Assembly: GCA_038229595.1 (NCBI GenBank) | Contig: JBBROH010000004.1 | Location: 1 to 62,420 of the forward strand | DNA length: 62,420 nt | Direction of reading: 5' to 3' | DNA from: Chloroflexia bacterium | GTDB taxonomy: Bacteria; Chloroflexota; Chloroflexia; QHBQ01 | In this document: positions 57,058-62,420 of the stretch, one piece after another | Layout of the letters: every line of letters begins with the position of its first letter | Numbering within the stretch: position 1 is the first letter of the stretch | Program-made: the position numbers and the translations under genes | The notes under the pieces: model-generated | The model's input: only the letters and a program-made list of their open reading frames with translations | What the model was told of the DNA's origin: nothing | Databases searched by the model: none

Positions 57058-58151
57058 ACAATCCTCCTTGTGAGACTGCACACTGGCCCGGCATACTTCG
57101 CCGGACTGACGAGATATAGGGTGGAACCGTTCGTTGCCCTGGTGGGCGCGTATGGGGTTGGTACGGCAGAGGCTGCGGTGATTGCCCAGCCGAGCGGGGC
57201 ATGGTGGTTGGCTAGTATAAGATAGGGGCTTGATAACTTGACACCCGTCTTGGCGATACCCTCAACAAACTGCCGTTGGGCAAAGAAGTAGATGACGATG
57301 ATCGGCAGGATGGTGAAGGTAGCCGCAGCCATCAGCAGGTGGAACTCGTTCTGCTCGGAGTTGAGGAAGTTGGATAGCCCCACCTGGATTGTCCGCATAC
57401 TATCCTGGCTGGTGACGATCAGCGGCCAGAGCAGGCTGTTCCAACTACCAATAAAGCTGAACAGCCCAGCGGTGATCAGGGCGGGCTTGGAGAGCGGCAC
57501 TGCGAACTGCCAGATGAAGCGCAGACGGCTGCACCCATCCAATGCTGCCGCTTCGTAAATATCCTCTGGTAGGGCGCGGAAGAACTGGCGCAGCAGAAAG
57601 ATGTTGAAAGGGCTGGCGATCCAGGGGATGACCAGCGCGGCGTAGGTGTCGATCCACTGAAGGTTGCGGACGATCACGAAGTTGGGGATGTAGGCAGCCT
57701 CATGAGGGATCATCATCGTTGCCAGCACCAGGCCGAAGATCAGCCCAGACCCTCGGAAGTCGAGCTTGGCGAAGGCGTAGGCCGCCAACACTGAGGTGAT
57801 CAGCACCCCGACGGTGCAGAGGCTTGCCACCAGGATGGAGTTGAAGAAGTAGCGACCGAAGTCCGCCGACTGCCAGGCATCCTTGTAATTGCTCCACTGC
57901 GGGTTGGTCGGCACAAACATCCGCAGGGTGGCCCCCAGGTCAGCGTTCTTGGGGAAGTTGGTCGCCTGGTCGCTAGTCTTGAGCGAGGTAGCGACCATCC
58001 AGACGAAGGGCAGGAGGGCGAAGATCGAGCCGATGATCAGCGCGAGGTGGGTGAGCAGGCCGCTCACCTGGAAGCGGCGTTTGCTGCCCGTGCTGCGGGC
58101 CTCTAGTGCATCGCTGCTGACTGGTACTCTGGTGGAGGCTTCTACGGCCAC
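57054..58151 (-). CDS. carbohydrate ABC transporter permease (MalG/UgpE type), C-terminally extended
   Basis: FFNS, AAYAFAK, FLLRQFF, EAAALDG, WNSLLWP, QRQFVEGI. Confidence 0.9.
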   Translation of the reverse strand: MAVEASTRVPVSSDALEARSTGSKRRFQVSGLLTHLALIIGSIFALLPFVWMVATSLKTSDQATNFPKNADLGATLRMFVPTNPQWSNYKDAWQSADFGRYFFNSILVASLCTVGVLITSVLAAYAFAKLDFRGSGLIFGLVLATMMIPHEAAYIPNFVIVRNLQWIDTYAALVIPWIASPFNIFLLRQFFRALPEDIYEAAALDGCSRLRFIWQFAVPLSKPALITAGLFSFIGSWNSLLWPLIVTSQDSMRTIQVGLSNFLNSEQNEFHLLMAAATFTILPIIVIYFFAQRQFVEGIAKTGVKLSSPYLILANHHAPLGWAITAASAVPTPYAPTRATNGSTLYLVSPAKYAGPVCSLTRRIV

Positions 58152-58166
58152 AGTGCGGCTCTCCCT

Positions 58167-59261
58167 CTAGTAGTTGACGCGGCTGGCCGCGAGGCGAGTC
58201 TGGAAGATCGAGAGGACGACTAGGATGAAGAACAGGATGATCGCCGTAGTCGAGGCGTAGCTGAGGCCCAACTGGGTGTAGCGGAAGGCTGCGGTGTAGA
58301 AGAACAGGGTCATCACGTTGGTCGAGTTATCAGGCCCACCCAGGCGGTCAATCGAGGTGGTGAACACGGTGGTGAAGGCCTGGAACGCGCCGATGGTGCT
58401 GACGATAGCGAGGAAGAAGGTGGTGGGCGAGATCAGCGGCCAAGTGATGTTCTTGAACAGTGTCCAGCCCTGCGCGCCATCTACGCGGGCCGCATCGTAG
58501 AGTTCCTTCGGCACGTTTTGCAGCCCTGCAATAAAGACGACCGTGTTGAAGCCTACCACGCTCCAGATCGCCAGGAGGATGATCGTAGACAGAGCAAGGC
58601 TAGGGCCGCCGAGGAAGCTAGTCAGACCGCCGATCAGCTTCGATCCCAAGTCTTCAGGATTGGCACTGTTGATCACTGGCTGGATGTTGAAAGCGAGTTG
58701 GAAGATACCGCGACTTTCGCCCAGGAAGTCCACCGGCTTGCCGCCAACCCCGACGATCAGCGAGTTGACCAGGCCGCCCGGCCCGTTCTGGTTCGGTGAA
58801 CGGAATAGCCACCGCCAGATCATGCCCGCCACGAGCAACGAGGTTACGTAGGGCAGGAAGAAGATGGTGCGGTAGATGCCAATGCCCCGAATGGGCCGAT
58901 TGAGCAGCAGAGCGAGACCGAGCGCAGTCGCCAGCCCCAACACTACGCTACCGAGGGCGTACCAGATCGTGTTGCCCAGCACCTTCCAGAATATATCGTC
59001 GTTGAGGATGCGGCCATAGTTGTTGAAGCCGGTAAACCGCTCTGGGGCGGGCAGCAAGCCTTTGAAGATCGGGGCGCGGTAGAGGCTGAGGACAAAGGCA
59101 TAGATGATCGGCAGGAAGTGGAAGATGCCGAGAACCAGTATGGCAGGGAGGATCAGCACGTAACCCTCAAGGTTGAGGCGGAACCGCCGTCGCCGTTGCG
59201 AGCGCGCCAGTTGAGCCAACATCTGTTCTTCGCTCTGCAAACCCGCAGTGCCTGTTGTCAT
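58167..59261 (-). CDS. carbohydrate ABC transporter permease (MalF/UgpA type)
   Basis: RTIFFLPYVTS, AGLQNVP, YDAARVDGA, ITWPLISPT, GGPDNST. Confidence 0.92.
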   Translation of the reverse strand: MTTGTAGLQSEEQMLAQLARSQRRRRFRLNLEGYVLILPAILVLGIFHFLPIIYAFVLSLYRAPIFKGLLPAPERFTGFNNYGRILNDDIFWKVLGNTIWYALGSVVLGLATALGLALLLNRPIRGIGIYRTIFFLPYVTSLLVAGMIWRWLFRSPNQNGPGGLVNSLIVGVGGKPVDFLGESRGIFQLAFNIQPVINSANPEDLGSKLIGGLTSFLGGPSLALSTIILLAIWSVVGFNTVVFIAGLQNVPKELYDAARVDGAQGWTLFKNITWPLISPTTFFLAIVSTIGAFQAFTTVFTTSIDRLGGPDNSTNVMTLFFYTAAFRYTQLGLSYASTTAIILFFILVVLSIFQTRLAASRVNY

Positions 59262-59309
59262 CTAACAGCGGCTCCCCCTTGCGTCGCCAAAACTGATTGA
59301 CGCGGCTGT

Positions 59310-59341
59310 ATTTTACCGAACAAGTGTTAACAAGATGTTAA
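59310..59341 (-). promoter_or_regulatory. -10 box with an upstream TTAACA direct repeat (Pho-box-like)
   Basis: minus strand TTAACA-N5-TTAACA-9bp-TAAAAT. Confidence 0.5.
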
Positions 59342-59388
59342 GAAAAGCCAGGGGCTGCACAAATTGCACCAGCCTTGCGGCCCCAGGG

Positions 59389-60000
59389 TCAAAGATGCAG
59401 CAGGCTGAGGAGCAGGTAGCTGCCTAGCATGGCAAGCAGGAAGCTGCTAGCCTGGAGCAGATCGCGCTGGCGGTCGAGTACCCAGTCGTTAAAGTCGATC
59501 AGGCTGGCCTTGCGGAAGGTGATGATGCCACCCAGCATGGCGGGTAGCCCGCGCACCAGCCCATAGAGCGCACCTAGCAGCAGCCCCACTTTGAGGCTGG
59601 CGGCCAGCAACTCCCAGCCTAGCAGTAGATAGAAACCCGCAAAGGGGATGAAGGTAAACACACCTGCACCCAGGGCGAGACCGTAGAAGAAGGTGCCGAC
59701 GAGCGGGTAGTTGACCCCCCAGGAGTTAGGCACTTGCCAGTTGGATTGTGGCGCAGGCAGGCGCAGCACGCCCACCTCGTGCAGGGCGTAGAGCAGGGCA
59801 GCGACCGCCAGCAATGCCATCGGTATAGCCTCTCTGCCAAAGAACAGCAGGTGCAGTGGCTTGCCGAGCAGGGCTAGCAGCAACCCTACCAGTGCGCCAC
59901 CGAGCGTAGATGCGACTACGTATACAACTACTCTGACGAGCCAGAGCCTTACATCCTTTGCCTGCTGACCCAGCGGCACGATCACGTAGATCATGTTCAC
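59389..60000 (-). CDS. MauF-like membrane protein
   Basis: 5-6 TM helices; PQSNWQVP..W..FYGLALGAGVFT motif; operon context. Confidence 0.6.
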   Translation of the reverse strand: MNMIYVIVPLGQQAKDVRLWLVRVVVYVVASTLGGALVGLLLALLGKPLHLLFFGREAIPMALLAVAALLYALHEVGVLRLPAPQSNWQVPNSWGVNYPLVGTFFYGLALGAGVFTFIPFAGFYLLLGWELLAASLKVGLLLGALYGLVRGLPAMLGGIITFRKASLIDFNDWVLDRQRDLLQASSFLLAMLGSYLLLSLLHL

Positions 60001-60003
60001 CCC

Positions 60004-60186
60004 TCAGGCAGAGGAGGTTTTGGCGATGCCAAGCAGCACCGCCAGTGTAGCCGCCAGCGCGAGAGCCGCCCCTGCCCGCAGATCGACGTTGCTCCCCTGC
60101 CACAAGGCAAGGCCCGCCCCGGTCAGGAGACCGGCGGCAGGCCAGATTAGGGAGCTAAAGCGTCTACTTGCGCTAAGGTTAGCCAT
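60004..60186 (-). CDS. small 2-TM protein
   Basis: fills the gap in a tightly packed operon; two hydrophobic segments. Confidence 0.55.
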   Translation of the reverse strand: MANLSASRRFSSLIWPAAGLLTGAGLALWQGSNVDLRAGAALALAATLAVLLGIAKTSSA

Positions 60187-60197
60187 CAGTCAGCTAA

Positions 60198-60650
60198 CTA
60201 GTCGTTGCTGCGCTGGCGACCCAGCCCAGGAGCTACTACCGGCGACTTGCTGGTGCGGAACTCGCGGCAACCACACTGATAGTTGGACGCACCGCAGAAG
60301 CAGTCGGTGCAGACGAAGTAGCCCGGTACCACACCCCGCCCACCCGTGCAGTACGAAGTCCAGGTGCCGGAGGGATAGTAGTTGCGGTTTAGGCGACACT
60401 CCTCCATCGTGCCATGTCCGCTGTCCTGGTAGCAGTTCGCGCCCCGACAGTTGGTGCAGTACGGCCCCGGTGGTGAGCAGGAGCAGGTGCTGTTGGTGTA
60501 AGCCTCGGCCACCTGGGTGAACTTGCCAGTAGCAACCCCGACCAGCACGGCAAACACTGCGGTGCCTGCTTGCTTGAGGAACGAGCGGCGGTCAACGGCC
60601 CTGGCGATGCTCTGGGCCAACCGCTGCGTAGTTGTCAGTTCTTCATCCAT
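60198..60650 (-). CDS. Tat-exported cysteine-rich protein (distantly MauA-like)
   Basis: DRRSFLK twin-arginine signal, AEA cleavage site, 12 Cys and a single Trp in the mature part; RBS AGGAG. Confidence 0.85.
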   Translation of the reverse strand: MDEELTTTQRLAQSIARAVDRRSFLKQAGTAVFAVLVGVATGKFTQVAEAYTNSTCSCSPPGPYCTNCRGANCYQDSGHGTMEECRLNRNYYPSGTWTSYCTGGRGVVPGYFVCTDCFCGASNYQCGCREFRTSKSPVVAPGLGRQRSND

Positions 60651-60665
60651 TGTGTTACTCCTATA

Positions 60666-61286
60666 CTAAACTGCGATGAAACGAAAGAACCGGGTGGGTA
60701 AGCGGGCGGCCAGCGGAGCGGCAGTGCTGCTCCCCGCCTCGGCCTCGCGCAGGTAGGTTTCCAGGTTTTGCCTGGTGTTTGCCAGCCCCTTGACCAGCAC
60801 CTTGCCGTTGGGGTTGAGCAGGAAAACGAACGGGGTGACGCGCACCTGGTAGCGTTCCATCAGGCTGCCGTCGTCGCTGCTGACGGTCGGCAGGGCCGAC
60901 TCCATCTCTGCGACGTAGCGCACGCTCTCCTCATGGGTGGTGCGGTTGTTGATCCAGAGGGCGTGGACGCGATCCCCATGCTCGGTCACAAACTGCTGCA
61001 CGTCGGGCAGGAGGCGGCGGCAAGGCTGGCAAGTGGTCGAGCCGAAGACGAGCAGCAGATACCGCTTGCCGTCGAGCAGCGAGCGCATCTGCAAGTTTTC
61101 GCCCTGCTGGTTGAGCGCGCCAAAGTCGGGAGCGAGGGTGTTGGATTTGAGGCCATCACCCGCCACTCCCTGTGCGGTGTTGAGGTACTGCTGCCCGATC
61201 TGGCGGTAGAGCAGCACCACGAGCAAGCCCAGGGCCAGGACTATGGCCCAGAGGACGATATAACTGACCAGCCAGATGCCATCCAT
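60666..61286 (-). CDS. mauD: MauD-like membrane-anchored thioredoxin-fold protein
   Basis: SYIVLW..LYRQIG N-terminus, APDF, CQPC, YQVRVTPF, KGLAN. Confidence 0.8.
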   Translation of the reverse strand: MDGIWLVSYIVLWAIVLALGLLVVLLYRQIGQQYLNTAQGVAGDGLKSNTLAPDFGALNQQGENLQMRSLLDGKRYLLLVFGSTTCQPCRRLLPDVQQFVTEHGDRVHALWINNRTTHEESVRYVAEMESALPTVSSDDGSLMERYQVRVTPFVFLLNPNGKVLVKGLANTRQNLETYLREAEAGSSTAAPLAARLPTRFFRFIAV

Positions 61287-61317
61287 TGGCGTTAAACTGC
61301 CTCTCTTGTACTTCATC

Positions 61318-61896
61318 TTATACTGCCTGCAAGGTCTGGCGGATGTAGCCAAGCACACGACCGCCGAAGACGACCCCCGCGACCGTGATCCCTGCCAGGA
61401 GCAGCACTGGTAGACCGTCGAGCGCGGGGGGGTAGACCCCCTGCCGCCCTGCCACCACCAGGTAGTCGAGCGCAAGCCAGGCCGAGCCAGTGAAGGTCAG
61501 CAGCAGCGCGGCGGTCAACAGCAGCAGGTTACGCAGCAGCGCACCCCAGGTCAGCGTCCCCGCCGAAAAGCTACCAAAGCAGTGACAGTTCTCCGTCTTG
61601 CCAAGCAGCAGCTTGCGGGCCAGCACTACGCTAAAGAGTAGAAACATGGCCGTAGCAGCCAGCCCCGCTATGTTGGTCAGTAGCCCCAGCAGCAGCAGCC
61701 CACCGATAGCTAGCTCAACGAAGGGCAGTAGCCGTGCTGCCAGGCGCGCCAGTGGCAAGGGCAGAAAGCTGACCTCGGCCAGCAGCAGCCCTGGATTGTT
61801 CTCGCGCAGCTTGCCCACCCCAGCAACGAGCAGCACCCCCGCCAGCAATAGGCGAGCAAACAGCACTAGATAGGGTGAATTGACGACCTCTGCCAC
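61318..61896 (-). CDS. mauE: MauE/DoxX-family redox membrane protein
   Basis: ARLLLAGVLLVAGVGKL, LPFVELAIG, CHCFG, LLRNLLL. Confidence 0.85.
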   Translation of the reverse strand: MAEVVNSPYLVLFARLLLAGVLLVAGVGKLRENNPGLLLAEVSFLPLPLARLAARLLPFVELAIGGLLLLGLLTNIAGLAATAMFLLFSVVLARKLLLGKTENCHCFGSFSAGTLTWGALLRNLLLLTAALLLTFTGSAWLALDYLVVAGRQGVYPPALDGLPVLLLAGITVAGVVFGGRVLGYIRQTLQAV

Positions 61897-61961
61897 CGCT
61901 TAGACCTTTATGCAACCGAACGATAGTCTCAAATGCCAGCGAACCTGCTGGCTCTGGCTGA

Positions 61962-61990
61962 ATGTTAGCACAAACTGGGGAGAGAGTCAA
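61962..61990 (-). promoter_or_regulatory. promoter of the mau-like operon
   Basis: TTGACT-17bp-TAACAT with an extended TG on the minus strand. Confidence 0.5.
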
Positions 61991-62227
61991 GGGGCCACCC
62001 AATGTGGTTCAACTACTAGCTGCGCGCAACCACAGCATCTAGCAGTGTGCTAACCTGGGCCAGTAACTCGCGGTGATGTTAGGGGTTGATCCACCATAGC
62101 AGGCGGCTTAGCGGCTGCGTCCAGCAGCACAGTCCCTCTCGCGCTGATCGTGGGCTAATTGTAGCACCGCCGTACTGGATCGTCAGTGTGGTTGCCGCCC
62201 TTTCTCTGCTCTGCTATAATGGAGACC

Positions 62228-62420
62228 ATGCAGGCTACTCCCTTCCTCAAGTGGGCTGGTGGCAAGGGGCAGTTGCTCCGCCACCTGCTGCCCCTCATCC
62301 CCGCACGCTACAGCCGCTACCTGGAGCCATTTATTGGCGGCGGTGCGCTTTACTTTGCCACGCAGCCACGGGTTGCCCTCATTGCCGACGCAAACCGCGA
62401 GTTGGTCACCACTTATGAGG
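62228..62420 (+). CDS. Dam-family (D12) DNA adenine methyltransferase, 5' part only (runs off the window)
   Basis: my translation MQATPFLKWAGGKGQLL...YLEPFIGGGALYF...IADANRELV; absent from the ORF track; TGCTATAAT just upstream. Confidence 0.9.
   Translation, partial: MQATPFLKWAGGKGQLLRHLLPLIPARYSRYLEPFIGGGALYFATQPRVALIADANRELVTTYE

Noticed and set aside
60198-60650. Calling this mauA / methylamine dehydrogenase
   Set aside because: It lacks both TTQ tryptophan motifs and has no adjacent mauB or mauG.
62086-62418. 110-aa ORF in the track
   Set aside because: Wrong frame; the Dam-type frame starting at 62228 carries the conserved motifs.

Overview
GC-rich bacterial chromosome segment, most consistent with Chloroflexota (inferred from the cell-surface domain types, the PxWL-repeat protein and the gene content). 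It is probably origin-proximal: it holds six parS palindromes plus dnaX-ybaB and topA. Housekeeping and common genes include a GH57/DUF3536 protein, mobA, an ATP-dependent DNA ligase, rpe, rny-ymdB-spoVS, a PHP phosphatase, PIN/TRAM, dtd, potABC, a CUT1/Ugp-like ABC transporter, TetR/MFS, an S8 protease and a window-truncated Dam-type methyltransferase. Three items stand out. (1) A lipoprotein gene is frameshifted by a 35-bp insert flanked by a perfect 36-bp duplication of its own coding sequence (33331-33437), the geometry expected from off-target Cas1-Cas2 spacer integration. (2) A mauE-mauD-[Tat, 12-Cys, single-Trp protein]-small membrane protein-mauF-like operon lacks mauB/mauG, so it looks like a disulfide-rich secreted-protein system rather than methylamine dehydrogenase. 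(3) An uncharacterised 7-gene operon combines a GlmL/MutL-like actin-fold ATPase, DUF6754-type membrane proteins and a long PxWL-repeat disordered protein, with no B12 mutase nearby. No rRNA, tRNA, transposase or cas genes were recognised. All family calls come from motif recognition by eye, not from database searches.
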